Source of the DNA: an uncultured Planctomycetaceae bacterium
GTDB taxonomy: Bacteria; Planctomycetota; Phycisphaerae; SM23-33
Length of the DNA: 64,000 nucleotides
Direction: 5' to 3'
Assembly (NCBI GenBank): GCA_964607575.1
Contig: CAZSLS010000008.1
Location: 9,799 to 73,798, forward strand
Made by a program: the position numbers and the translations under genes. Positions 1 to 9,172 of the stretch are shown one piece after another. The first letter of the stretch is position 1. Each line of letters begins with the position of its first letter. The notes below the pieces were generated by a model. That model had not been told where the DNA came from, did no database searches, and saw only the letters and a list, made by a program, of their open reading frames with translations.

Positions 1-1220
1 ACAACGCTGTCGCGCCAGGCGGATACCTTTTTCCCTTCCGCCAGCGGGCGGACCGACGCGCCGGAGCGACCCTTGGGCGTCTCGATCCCCGCGTAGTCGC
101 ACAGCGTGCAGATCAGGTCCAGTCCGTTGGAGATCAGGTGCGTGTCGTCGACCTTGCCCTTTGGGATATGGTTCTTGTGGCTCATGATGAACGGTATGCG
201 GGCGGCTTCTTCGTAGAGGATCGACTTGTGTTCGAGTTTGTGCGCCGAGTCCATGTCGCCGTGATCGCTGGTGAATATCACTACGGTATCGTCTTCGAGC
301 CCGGCGGTTTTCAGGGCGTCGAGCACTACTCCGATATGAGCGTCGACCATTTCGGTGAGGCGACAATACGCCCAGCGGTGCAGTCGCCAATTCCTGTCCG
401 TCCATTTCCGGCGGGCGAAGTTTCTGAACTGTCTGACGCTGGTGTATCTTGTGGTTATGGCTTCCGGTTCGTTGGGCGGTACGTTGTGGTTTGCGGGCAG
501 GGGAGGGCAGTTCTTCTTTACGAAGGCGTCAACGTCGCCCGCCCGCGGTTTCTTCAGGACGCCTTCGCATATCTTCGAGTCGGTGTTGCGGAACTCCGCT
601 CTGCCTATGGAGCGGTGGTAGTCGTTCAGGGCCATGTAGCAGATGTCGTGCGGGTTCATGAACGATGCGAACATGAAGAACGGCTTTTTGTGCGGGCCTT
701 TGATGAACTTGGCGCAAGCTTTGGCCAAACCGCCGCGGAAATCTCGCGTCAGCATGCGATAGGCCATGTTCTGTACCCTGTTCATCTGTTTGGGCATGTG
801 TACTTTCCCGCCGTACACCGTTTCGTATCCGGCGTCCGACAGGAGCGGACCGATCGATTGGGTCACCATCGCGTCGGTCACTTTCGACCGCCCGGAATCC
901 TTGTTTTCGCCCATACCGATGGCACTGGGCATGAGCCCGGTTTGCAGGCTGAAGCGAGCGGGCACGCAGACGGGATTGCACGCATAGGCCCGTTCAAACC
1001 TGACGCCCGATGCGGCCAGGGAATCCAGTGCGGGCGTCTTGAGCCACTTGTTCCCCGTACAACTCATCATAGTGGCGCTTTGCTGATCGGTCATGATAAA
1101 CAGGATGTTTGGCTTGCGTTTCGCGCCGTCGGCGGGCGCCTTGGCGGCGGAAGTATTCAGCCCCATCGCCAGCCCGGCGGCCGCCGCTGCGGTAATGCTC
1201 GTGAACTCTCGTCTCTTCAT
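1..1220 (-). CDS. Formylglycine-dependent sulfatase (arylsulfatase family), C-terminus cut by window edge
   Basis: Hand translation of the reverse complement from ATG at 1220-1218 gives MKRREFTSITAAAAAGLAMG (twin-arginine-like signal). This is followed by KPNILFIMTDQQS and the sulfatase C-x-P-x-R signature (CVPARFSLQTG). The frame stays open to position 1, so the ORF is absent from the ORF track because it runs off the edge. Confidence 0.85.
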   Translation of the reverse strand, partial: MKRREFTSITAAAAAGLAMGLNTSAAKAPADGAKRKPNILFIMTDQQSATMMSCTGNKWLKTPALDSLAASGVRFERAYACNPVCVPARFSLQTGLMPSAIGMGENKDSGRSKVTDAMVTQSIGPLLSDAGYETVYGGKVHMPKQMNRVQNMAYRMLTRDFRGGLAKACAKFIKGPHKKPFFMFASFMNPHDICYMALNDYHRSIGRAEFRNTDSKICEGVLKKPRAGDVDAFVKKNCPPLPANHNVPPNEPEAITTRYTSVRQFRNFARRKWTDRNWRLHRWAYCRLTEMVDAHIGVVLDALKTAGLEDDTVVIFTSDHGDMDSAHKLEHKSILYEEAARIPFIMSHKNHIPKGKVDDTHLISNGLDLICTLCDYAGIETPKGRSGASVRPLAEGKKVSAWRDSV

Positions 1221-1370
1221 GTTCTTCTCCTGAAGTGCGTCAATTCGCGATTATACCGCCAAACGCTCCGTCAGGCCAGCGGGCGTTGCAGGGTTGACCG
1301 GCGCCGATCGAATTGTGACAATGCGACCACCGGCCCGGGTTACGCCGGGGAACATACAGGGAGCAACACC

Positions 1371-2567
1371 ATGAAGAATGCAGTTACGCTGACACTACTG
1401 TGCGTATTGACTATTTCCGCCGCCGCCCGCGCCGCCGACAGGCCCAGGCTAGTCGGCGGGAAAGAGGTCATGAAGATCGATGAAGAGGATAACGCCTATG
1501 GCGCCAAGTGGGGCATTAACGCGATGCGCCTCAGCCCCGACGGGCGGCGGGTGTTGTATCTTCGCAAGAAGATGTACAAGACTGTCAGCGCCGATGGAAA
1601 ACAGGGGGAGCGCCGAGGCTACAAACTTTACCTGCGTGACCTGAAGACCGGCAAGGATACCGCGGTACCGGTCCCCGCTCTGTTCGACGACGACTTCGCC
1701 GAGGCCTGGTTGCCGATGACCGTGTTCGATCCGGCGGGCAAGACGCTCATCGTGCCCGCCGGCCAGGATGCCAACAAGAATGGTCTCATGGAGAAGACTG
1801 AGAGGTGCAAGGTGGGGCTGTACGATATCGCCTCCGGGAAGCTCAAGACCCTTGATGTCGAAGGTAACGTGACCTTCCCAACCTTCCACCCTGACGGCAA
1901 GACGCTGGTCGTGATGGCGATGGAGGGCGCCGGGAATCCAAGTAAGGTAAAGATCTGCATCACGCCGACTGACAAGATCAAGTTTCGCACAATCGATAAT
2001 CCCGGTCTGCCCCGCAGTATCTCTCCGACGTCGGGGCTCATGGTGCTCCTGCTCCTGACCGAGGGGGAAAGACCCCGCCCGGGCAGGTGTGTTCTGTACG
2101 ATATGAAGACCGATACCATCAAGACCGAACTTGCTGACCAGGACCAGAGCCGCAGGATCATGAAGAACAACCCGCAGTGGACTAACGACGGGCGATACGT
2201 GTACCACATAATGGTCAAGAACGAGCAGCGCGACGGGCGAAACCACCGCGAAACCCTGACGCGAATATGGGACGTCAAGGCCGGTCAGGAAGTGGGTATC
2301 CTCTCGGGCGTGGCGCCGGTCGGCCCGGGTCCGGGCAAAGGTACGATGGTGCTCCTCAGGCTCCCATCGCGGGGGGGCTCCAAGGCCGAACCGAGGATCG
2401 TCCTGCACGCACAGGACGACAAAACGCTCGGTCAGAAATTGCACCCGCTTGGTGATGCATCCACGTATCCGATCACCACGCGGGGAAAATGGCTGCTGTA
2501 CAGACCTGAAGACGCCAAAGGCAACAGGGCAGTTTGCCTCGCCGAAATCGCACTACCGAAGAAGTAA
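1371..2567 (+). CDS. Secreted TolB/PD40-like beta-propeller repeat protein, function unknown
   Basis: Internal ATG at 1371 of the artefactual 138..2567 ORF. Starts MKNAVTLTLLCVLTISAAARAAD (signal peptide). Recurring SPDGRRVLY, HPDGKTLVV and TNDGRYVYH motifs are typical of PD40-type blades. Confidence 0.6.
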   Translation: MKNAVTLTLLCVLTISAAARAADRPRLVGGKEVMKIDEEDNAYGAKWGINAMRLSPDGRRVLYLRKKMYKTVSADGKQGERRGYKLYLRDLKTGKDTAVPVPALFDDDFAEAWLPMTVFDPAGKTLIVPAGQDANKNGLMEKTERCKVGLYDIASGKLKTLDVEGNVTFPTFHPDGKTLVVMAMEGAGNPSKVKICITPTDKIKFRTIDNPGLPRSISPTSGLMVLLLLTEGERPRPGRCVLYDMKTDTIKTELADQDQSRRIMKNNPQWTNDGRYVYHIMVKNEQRDGRNHRETLTRIWDVKAGQEVGILSGVAPVGPGPGKGTMVLLRLPSRGGSKAEPRIVLHAQDDKTLGQKLHPLGDASTYPITTRGKWLLYRPEDAKGNRAVCLAEIALPKK

Positions 2568-2578
2568 TTACTCGCATG

Positions 2579-3559
2579 CTACGCGTATGAGATCCCGTCG
2601 TCGCGGTAGTCCGGGCGGGCCCAGGCCAGGGTGTGCGGATTGGCGTATGGGGCGCAGGCGGCTTCGAGTTTCTTTTTGGCGGCGGGGGTCATCTTCTTGC
2701 GTTGGGCCAGTTCCTTGACGATTTTGACGTTCGCCTCCAGGATGTCCATCCCGTAGTGTCCGACGACGGCCGATGCGACGCCCTTCTGGTCGAGTACGTA
2801 TTGCAGCAGGTCGATGGGCTTGACTCCCTTGCGTCCGACGAGGCCCCGCACGGTCTTCATCGCTATCACGCCGACGTTATTCTTCACCGCCGGAGCCAGC
2901 GTGAGCTTGGCGAATCCCCCGTAGCGCGTGGCGTTCATCGCTACCAGCGCGATGTCGGGTTGGAGTTGTTCGATGAAGTTCTTCGAGGCCGTCGCGCTTC
3001 TCATGCTGGAAAAGCCGATGAACCTGGCGGTCCCTTGCTCCTTTAGTTTCTGCATGCGTTTCCACGTGTCCTTGGCGAATGCCTTCAGATCGTCCTCCTT
3101 ACCGAGGTTATGCACCAGCAGGGCGTCGACGTAATCGACTTTGAGGCGTTTGAGACTGCCCTCGAAAGATTTCATCGCCCCGTCGCCGTCGCGGGCGTCG
3201 AACTTGGTTACGATGTAGATCTTCTTGCGGTGTTTGGGCAGGATCTCGCCGAAACGCTGCTCGGTCCCGTAGTCCATGTGCGTGTCGAAGTAGTTGATCC
3301 CCAGTTCGATCGCACGCTCCAGCAGCGGTTCCCATGCGCCGTCTTTGTTCTTCTTGAACTGGCTGCCCCCTCCGAACGACAGGACGGATATCTTCATGCC
3401 CGTTTTCCCCAGGACGCGTTTGGGCATTGCGTCGGCCGGTCGGGTCGCAGTTTTTGCTTTGGCGGCGAGAATCGGTGAGGCCAGCGAGCCCAGCACCGCC
3501 GCCGATGAGGTTGCTGCGGCGGTCTTGAGGAACTCGCGTCGTGTTCGTTCATTGGTCAT
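2579..3559 (-). CDS. TAT-exported aldo/keto reductase family oxidoreductase
   Basis: ATG at 3559 (cat at 3557-3559). N-terminus MTNERTRREFLKTAAATSSAAVLG is a twin-arginine signal. The body (VLGKTGMKISVLSFGGG, GINYFDTHMDYG, LKVDYVDALLVHN) looks like the AKR family. The upstream part of the 437-aa ORF is Arg/Pro-rich junk. Confidence 0.8.
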   Translation of the reverse strand: MTNERTRREFLKTAAATSSAAVLGSLASPILAAKAKTATRPADAMPKRVLGKTGMKISVLSFGGGSQFKKNKDGAWEPLLERAIELGINYFDTHMDYGTEQRFGEILPKHRKKIYIVTKFDARDGDGAMKSFEGSLKRLKVDYVDALLVHNLGKEDDLKAFAKDTWKRMQKLKEQGTARFIGFSSMRSATASKNFIEQLQPDIALVAMNATRYGGFAKLTLAPAVKNNVGVIAMKTVRGLVGRKGVKPIDLLQYVLDQKGVASAVVGHYGMDILEANVKIVKELAQRKKMTPAAKKKLEAACAPYANPHTLAWARPDYRDDGISYA

Positions 3560-3576
3560 GGCGTGTGGCTCCATTC

Positions 3577-4182
3577 TCAGGGGGTGTATCGAGCGGTGAC
3601 GTTGCTCAGGACCCCTCCGGCGTCTTCGTGCATTTCCGGATTGTAGGCGACTTCGGCGGTGGTCTCGACCGTCCGATCGCCAATATAAATCGTGCCCGTA
3701 CATATTATAGTATGCTCCGGGGCGACCGAGGTCTGGACGAGGTAGCGGTATGTCCCGACGGAGAGTTTCAGGTCGCGGCATTTGATGCTGACCGCGTGGA
3801 CGCCGGTCTCGGGGGTGGCTTTGGATACTGCGTCGATGACCTTCTTGGAGTGTTTTTTCGGCCATCCGGACGCCGCCTGCCACTGGGGACAAATCTCGAT
3901 GATCTTCCTGCCGTCGGGTAGTTTATGCTTCTTCTTCCAGCCTCCCCCAGCCGTCCAGTCGCTCACCAGTAGCGATTGGACGTAGTTGCCCGCGGCGTCC
4001 TCGAGCCACACCACCGTCTGCGGGGTCTTCAGCGGTTCGTCGGCGGGATAGCGCAGCGGGTCGTTGATGCGGAACGAAATTTCGATAGACCCGTCGGCCG
4101 GTCGGGATCGGTAGCGGAGGTACCCGATCACGCCGCCAAAACACACAGCGATCGCCACTGCTGCAGCCAGTGTCTTCTTCAT
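3577..4182 (-). CDS. DUF2271-like periplasmic protein (membrane-anchored or secreted)
   Basis: Likely start MKKTLAAAVAIAVCFGG (ATG at 4182; alternative start at 4242). VVWLEDAAGNYVQSL, IDAVSKATPETG and GTYRYLVQTS resemble my recollection of DUF2271. The stop is 18 nt upstream of the AKR start, so probably one operon. Confidence 0.5.
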   Translation of the reverse strand: MKKTLAAAVAIAVCFGGVIGYLRYRSRPADGSIEISFRINDPLRYPADEPLKTPQTVVWLEDAAGNYVQSLLVSDWTAGGGWKKKHKLPDGRKIIEICPQWQAASGWPKKHSKKVIDAVSKATPETGVHAVSIKCRDLKLSVGTYRYLVQTSVAPEHTIICTGTIYIGDRTVETTAEVAYNPEMHEDAGGVLSNVTARYTP

Positions 4183-4377
4183 GCCCCCCGTGTTTGTGGT
4201 GTTCCGGTCATCCATTGCAGGTAGTTTGCCTCTGACTTTCAACCATGATAGCGTTTTGCATCAGATCTCCGCAAGATCAAAGCTCTTGCCCATCGCACCG
4301 CATGGGATACAATTACCGCAAGCGCCCACGTGCTTTGGGACAGGCGATCGAGAGAATGTCGGATGAGGAGTCTTGCT

Positions 4378-5685
4378 ATGAACTCTACGAGTACCCATGT
4401 TTCGGCGCCCAAGACGACCAGGCGTGATCTGCTCCGAGGCGCCGTCGCGGGGCTGACCGTGCCATACATCGTGCCTGCGGCGGTGCTCGGCGCGCCGGGC
4501 AAGACCGCCCCCAGCGATCGCATCGTACTCGGTTGTATCGGTACGGGCGGTCGAGGGACGTCGTTGCTTCGCTCGTTCCTGTCGCTCAAGGAGGCCCGCG
4601 TCGTCGCCGTCTGCGATGTGTTCGCCGACCGCCGGGCCCGCGCGGCAAAGCTGGCGGGAAAAGGCTGCTTCGCGACCGGCGACTTCCGCAAGATCCTGGC
4701 CCGCAAAGACGTCGACGCCGTTGTCATCGCCCCGCAGGATCACTGGCATGCCCCGATCGCCGTCGCCGCCGCCAAGGCGGGCAAGGCGATCTACTGTGAG
4801 AAGCCACTGGGTGTATCGGTAGCCGAGAGCCAGGCCATCCGCAACGCGGTCCGCCGTTACCGCTGCGTGTTCCAGACCGGTACGCAGCAGCGATCGAGCC
4901 GCAACTTCCGTTTCGCGTGCGAACTGGCTCGCAGCGGATACCTGGGCAAGGTGCATACGGTGGTGGTAGGGGCCCCGGGCCCGTCCTATCAACCGAAGTA
5001 CCGCGGACCGTTCACGCCGCAGCCCGTGCCCGCCGGTCTGGACTACGAGATGTTCATGGGCCCCGCGGCGAAGAAGCCTTACAACCCGGGGCGACACGCC
5101 TGGCCGGACTGGTACCTCATCTGGGACTATTGCGCCGGTTTTATCGTCAACTGGGGCGTACATCATCTGGACATCGCCTGTTGGGGCTGCCCGGATCTCG
5201 CAACCAAACCTTTCGAACTCACCTGCAAGGGCAGCTATCGGAACAAGGGGCTGACCGACAACCTCAGCGACTGGCAGGGGCGGTACGTTTATCCCGGCGG
5301 GCTGAAGATGACCTTTTCCGACTCGGGCAATCCCAACGCCCAGGGGTGCAAGTTCGTCGGCGACAAGGGCTGGGTGCACGTTAACCGCAGGGGCATCCGC
5401 GCCGAGCCGGGTTCGCTGCTGAAAGTCGCCTTGTGCCCCGAGGACGTGCATCTGCACAAGAGCAACCACCACCAGGGCGATTTCCTGAAGGCCGTGAGGA
5501 CAGGCGGAAAGGTCGCCTCGCCCGTCGAGTCCGGACATGCCGCCTCCAGCCTGGGCCTGCAGGGCGAGATCGCCTGCCGCCTGAAACGCAAACTCACCTG
5601 GGATCCCAAAACCGAGACGTTTACCGGCGACAAGCAGGCCAACCGCCTGCTCTCTCGTCCTATGCGCGCCCCATGGACACTGTGA
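4378..5685 (+). CDS. TAT-exported Gfo/Idh/MocA family oxidoreductase
   Basis: ATG at 4378. TTRRDLLRGAVAGL is a twin-arginine signal. Rossmann motif LGCIGTGGRG, then ARVVAVCDV, DAVVIAPQDHWHAPIAVAAAKAGKAIYCEKPLG. Confidence 0.85.
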   Translation: MNSTSTHVSAPKTTRRDLLRGAVAGLTVPYIVPAAVLGAPGKTAPSDRIVLGCIGTGGRGTSLLRSFLSLKEARVVAVCDVFADRRARAAKLAGKGCFATGDFRKILARKDVDAVVIAPQDHWHAPIAVAAAKAGKAIYCEKPLGVSVAESQAIRNAVRRYRCVFQTGTQQRSSRNFRFACELARSGYLGKVHTVVVGAPGPSYQPKYRGPFTPQPVPAGLDYEMFMGPAAKKPYNPGRHAWPDWYLIWDYCAGFIVNWGVHHLDIACWGCPDLATKPFELTCKGSYRNKGLTDNLSDWQGRYVYPGGLKMTFSDSGNPNAQGCKFVGDKGWVHVNRRGIRAEPGSLLKVALCPEDVHLHKSNHHQGDFLKAVRTGGKVASPVESGHAASSLGLQGEIACRLKRKLTWDPKTETFTGDKQANRLLSRPMRAPWTL

Positions 5686-5693
5686 GGTCTACC

Positions 5694-7163
5694 ATGCACA
5701 ACAATCGAATCCTGGTCGTATCGTGCCTCCTTGCGTGCCTCTCGCCCGCCCGCCCGGCCTATGGGGGACAGTTGTACGTCGGCGCCGCAAGTGTGGACAT
5801 CACGCCGGGCCAGCCGGTGGCTGTGGCGGGCCAGTTTCACCTGCGGATCGCCCGGAAGATCGAGTCGCCCGTCACCGCTAACGTGATTGCCCTGGAATCC
5901 CGCCAGGGGGACCGGTCGCTGGACCATGCCGTCATGGTATCGTGCGATGTGGCCATCATTCCCACCGAGTTCCTCCGCCTCGTCCGCCAGGCCGTCGGGC
6001 GGCGCCTGGAGAAGTTCGACACGAGCAAGATCTTCCTGAACGGTACGCACACGCACACCGCTCCGGTGCTGCTGCCAGGCAAGTACAAGATCCCCGCCAA
6101 GGGCGTGATCTCGGTGGAAAAGTACCGGGCGTTTTTCGTCGACCGTGTCGCCAAGGCCATCGTCGAGGCCTGGAAGGGGCGCAAGGGCGGGAGGGTGAGT
6201 TGGGGGCTGAGCCACGCCGCGGTCGCCTGCAATCGTCGCGCTGTCTACGCCAACGGGTCTGCCCGCATGTACGGACGCACCAACACGCGGGAGTTCCGCA
6301 GCCTCGAAGGCTACGAGGATCAGGACGTTAACACGCTGTTTTTCTGGGATACCGCCGGGGCGATGATCGCCGTCGCCGTCAACGTGTCGTGCCCCTCCCA
6401 GGAAGTCGAGGGACGAAGCACCGTCAACGCCGACTTCTGGCATCCGGTGCGCCAGGCCCTTCGCAAGCGGTATGGCAAGAAGCTGGTCGTGCTGGGCTGG
6501 ACGGGGGCGTCGGGGGATCAGTCGCCGCACCTGATGTACCGCAAGGCCGCCGCCGAACGCATGCGGAAGCTGCGCGGACTGACCCGCCTGGAGGAGATTG
6601 CACGGCGGATCGTGCGTGCGGTGGACGAGGCCCACAAAGTCGTCAAGGACGATCAGCACGCCGAGGCGACGCTGATCCACAAGGTCGAGACGATCCACCT
6701 TCCCATGCGGTTGGTGAAGCCCGCCGAGTACGCCGAAGCCAAAGCCGCCGTCGACCGCGCCAAAGCCCGGATCGCCAAGAATCCCCGCGCCGCCGACCGC
6801 GAGTACCGACAGATGAAATGGTACGAAGTGACTGTCAAGCGCTTCGATCGCCAGAAGACCGACCACAATCCGACCTACGAGACCGAGCTGCACGCCCTGC
6901 GGATCGGCGACGCGGTGGTCTGCACAAACGCCTTCGAACTGTTCACCGACTATGGTATTCGCATCAAGGCACGCAGCAAGGCCACCCAGACGTTTGTCGT
7001 GCAACTGGTCGGCCCGGGTACGTACATCCCCACAGCCAAAGCCGTACGCGGGGGACACTACAGCGCTATCGTTCATAGCAGCCTCGTCGGACCCGAAGGC
7101 GGACAGGTCCTCGTCGATCGCACCGTTAAACTGATCGATTCGCTGTGGGCTAAAGCGAAGTGA
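5694..7163 (+). CDS. Secreted neutral/alkaline ceramidase N-terminal-domain-like protein
   Basis: ATG at 5694, 9 nt after the previous stop. Signal MHNNRILVVSCLLACLSPARPAYG. LYVGAASVDITPGQPVAVAGQ and GTHTHTAPV resemble the ceramidase-like fold. Family assignment is from memory only. Confidence 0.55.
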   Translation: MHNNRILVVSCLLACLSPARPAYGGQLYVGAASVDITPGQPVAVAGQFHLRIARKIESPVTANVIALESRQGDRSLDHAVMVSCDVAIIPTEFLRLVRQAVGRRLEKFDTSKIFLNGTHTHTAPVLLPGKYKIPAKGVISVEKYRAFFVDRVAKAIVEAWKGRKGGRVSWGLSHAAVACNRRAVYANGSARMYGRTNTREFRSLEGYEDQDVNTLFFWDTAGAMIAVAVNVSCPSQEVEGRSTVNADFWHPVRQALRKRYGKKLVVLGWTGASGDQSPHLMYRKAAAERMRKLRGLTRLEEIARRIVRAVDEAHKVVKDDQHAEATLIHKVETIHLPMRLVKPAEYAEAKAAVDRAKARIAKNPRAADREYRQMKWYEVTVKRFDRQKTDHNPTYETELHALRIGDAVVCTNAFELFTDYGIRIKARSKATQTFVVQLVGPGTYIPTAKAVRGGHYSAIVHSSLVGPEGGQVLVDRTVKLIDSLWAKAK

Positions 7164-7695
7164 TTCCGGACGACTTGAGTATGTAGTCGGCGGCTTGGGC
7201 TATCCCGTCGGTGACTACGGTGTCGGGGGGCAGCTCGGGAAAATGCTTGGCGCCATGCCCGGTCATTACGTACACGCCTGCTCCACCCGCGTTGAGGCCC
7301 AATTGCACATCGTGGGGATGGTCGCCGATGGCAAACGATTGTCGCAAATCGATATCGTATTTCCCCGCCGCCTCATCCAGGAAATACGTGTTCGGTTTGA
7401 TGCACTGGCAACCATCTGAGCGTTTGTGCGGGCAGACGTAGACGTCGGTGATCCGCACGCCTTCATCCGCCAGGCGCGCAACGACATAGTCGTTAACCGC
7501 GTCGGCCTGTTCTCTGCTGACCACGCCGTCGGCGATGCATCGCTGGTTCGTGATCAGAACGAGCAGGAAATGCTCCCCGAGGCGCCGCAGCGCCGCGAAG
7601 CTCTCGGGATAGAACACCACCTCGGACGGATCGCTCAGGGCCCCGAGATCCTCGATAATCGTACCGTCCCTGTCCAGAAATACCGCCTTGCTCAT
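7150..7695 (-). CDS. gmhB: HAD-IIIA phosphatase, D-glycero-D-manno-heptose-1,7-bisphosphate phosphatase-like
   Basis: Start MSKAVFLDRDGTII (HAD motif I DxDGT). Zn-finger-like CPHKRSDGCQCIKP is typical of GmhB. GDHPHDVQLGLNAG is motif III. Confidence 0.75.
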   Translation of the reverse strand: MSKAVFLDRDGTIIEDLGALSDPSEVVFYPESFAALRRLGEHFLLVLITNQRCIADGVVSREQADAVNDYVVARLADEGVRITDVYVCPHKRSDGCQCIKPNTYFLDEAAGKYDIDLRQSFAIGDHPHDVQLGLNAGGAGVYVMTGHGAKHFPELPPDTVVTDGIAQAADYILKSSGITSL

Positions 7696-7743
7696 CCGAA
7701 CTCGCCTCTCTAACCAGTGATCCGTCATCCCGCAAACACGTTT

Positions 7744-7780
7744 ATCCGCGCATCACAGAACCGCTTGCGGTTTCGCACGC
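7744..7780 (-). repeat. Copy 1 of a ~35-nt intergenic element containing the palindrome AACCGC-AA-GCGGTT
   Basis: The minus strand reads GCGTGCGAAACCGCAAGCGGTTCTGTGATGCGCGGAT. It is near-identical to 54237..54270 (plus strand), and the core recurs at 47932..47944. It lies 63 nt upstream of the gmhB-like start. Confidence 0.6.
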
Positions 7781-7803
7781 CGTTGGTGTTGACGTTCGCC
7801 GTC

Positions 7804-7831
7804 ACTGCTCACTGATTACCGATTACTGATT
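7804..7831 (-). repeat. Tandem heptanucleotide repeat (4 units) spanning the aroC stop codon
   Basis: The minus strand reads AATCAGT AATCGGT AATCAGT GAGCAGT, followed by GACGGCG. This gives stop codons in all three frames. The same units occur at 55089..55116. Confidence 0.7.
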
Positions 7832-9172
7832 AGCGATCTTGTCCTTCAGCGTCTGGTAACCGTAGTGGGCCATCAGGTTGTCCAGCAGGACCAGCGCCGT
7901 ATAGTTCTCCGCGACGGGCCATATCCGCGCCACGATGGTCGGATCGCGCCTGGTGATCGCCTCGAGGGCCTTGCTCTCGAGGGTGTATTTGTCGATGGTC
8001 GTCTGCGGTTTGTCGATTGTCGGGGTGGGCTTGACCGCCAGGCGAACCACGATCGGCTGCCCGGTCGACAGGCCTCCGGTGATCCCGCCGGCGTTATTCG
8101 AGTCGAAGACCACCTTGCCATCCTCGGCGTGCATGGAGTCGTTGGACTCTATGCCTGTCATGTCCTTGACCGCGAATCCGGCGCCAATCTCCACGCCCTT
8201 GACCGCGCCAATCCCCAGCATCCGTCCGAGTTCGGCGTCCAGCTTGTCGAACACCGGTTCGCCCAGACCGGCGGGCAGACCCGTGGCGACTACTTCAACC
8301 ACGCCGCCGCAGGAATCGCCGGTGGCTGCGATCTTGTTGCAGGCCTCGACCATTTCCTGCGCCGCGTCCAGGTCGGGGCAGTTAACGATATGATGCACGC
8401 CGTACTTCTCGCGTATGGCGTCGGGATCCATCTTCGGCGCTTTTTCGCGGATCGGGTCGATCTCCTTCTCGATCTCCGCCAGTATCGCCGTCTTCTCGAG
8501 GAAGCGCATCTCGGGGGTGATCCGCCCGTTGACGTACACTTCCTGGTAGAACGGATCGTAATCGCAGCGCATCTGTTTGTAGGCGTCGGTGTACTTCAAC
8601 GCGGTCTCGTGATCCGCCGCGTCGCAGCGAACGCCGGCGATCTCGCGAACGTACGAGAACACATCGATACCGCAGGCCTTGAGGATCTTCTTGGCCACGA
8701 AGCCCGCGCCGACGATCGTGGAGGTATAGCGGCCGCTGAATATCCCCGCGCCGATCGCATCGTCATCGGGCCCGTACTTCATGAACGAGGCGTACGACGC
8801 ATGCCCGGGGCGCGGTGTGCGATTGGTGTCCTGGTACTGCTTGATGTGGATGAAGTGGCGGTCGAGGTTCGGGATCAGGATCGAAAGCGGCGTCCCGTTG
8901 GTGTGGTTCCAGTTGCCTGCGCCCTCGATCGTATCAGCCGCATTCAACCCGGTATAAATCACCGGGAGGTCGGGCTCTTTCCGAGGTGACGACAGTTCGT
9001 CGGCGCCCGGTTTCCTCAGCAGCAGATCTCCGTATATCTCCTGCTCCGTCAACAGCATCCCCGGTGGTACGCCCTCGAGAACGGCGGTCAGACCGTCCTG
9101 GTAGGATCCACCGGCCACTGTAACCTGAAAGCATCTTCCTAAATGACATCCCAGCATGGTTTGTTGCTCCAT
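7823..9172 (-). CDS. aroC: Chorismate synthase homolog (divergent)
   Basis: RPGHASYAS, GIFSGRYTSTIV, GDSCGGVVEVVATGLPAGLGEPVFDKLDAELGRMLGIGAVKGVEIGAGF, NNAGGITGGLSTGQPIVVRLAVKPTPTI and RRDPTIV match chorismate synthase blocks. The N-terminal GESHG motif reads GGSYQ, and there is an insertion of roughly 60 aa before the GDS block. Confidence 0.7.
   Translation of the reverse strand: MEQQTMLGCHLGRCFQVTVAGGSYQDGLTAVLEGVPPGMLLTEQEIYGDLLLRKPGADELSSPRKEPDLPVIYTGLNAADTIEGAGNWNHTNGTPLSILIPNLDRHFIHIKQYQDTNRTPRPGHASYASFMKYGPDDDAIGAGIFSGRYTSTIVGAGFVAKKILKACGIDVFSYVREIAGVRCDAADHETALKYTDAYKQMRCDYDPFYQEVYVNGRITPEMRFLEKTAILAEIEKEIDPIREKAPKMDPDAIREKYGVHHIVNCPDLDAAQEMVEACNKIAATGDSCGGVVEVVATGLPAGLGEPVFDKLDAELGRMLGIGAVKGVEIGAGFAVKDMTGIESNDSMHAEDGKVVFDSNNAGGITGGLSTGQPIVVRLAVKPTPTIDKPQTTIDKYTLESKALEAITRRDPTIVARIWPVAENYTALVLLDNLMAHYGYQTLKDKIANQ

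Noticed and set aside
138-2567. 809-aa plus-strand ORF
   Set aside because: The first ~410 codons are the antisense of the minus-strand sulfatase (1..1220) and read as low-complexity Arg/Gly/Val-rich text. Only the part from ATG 1371, which has a signal peptide, is kept.
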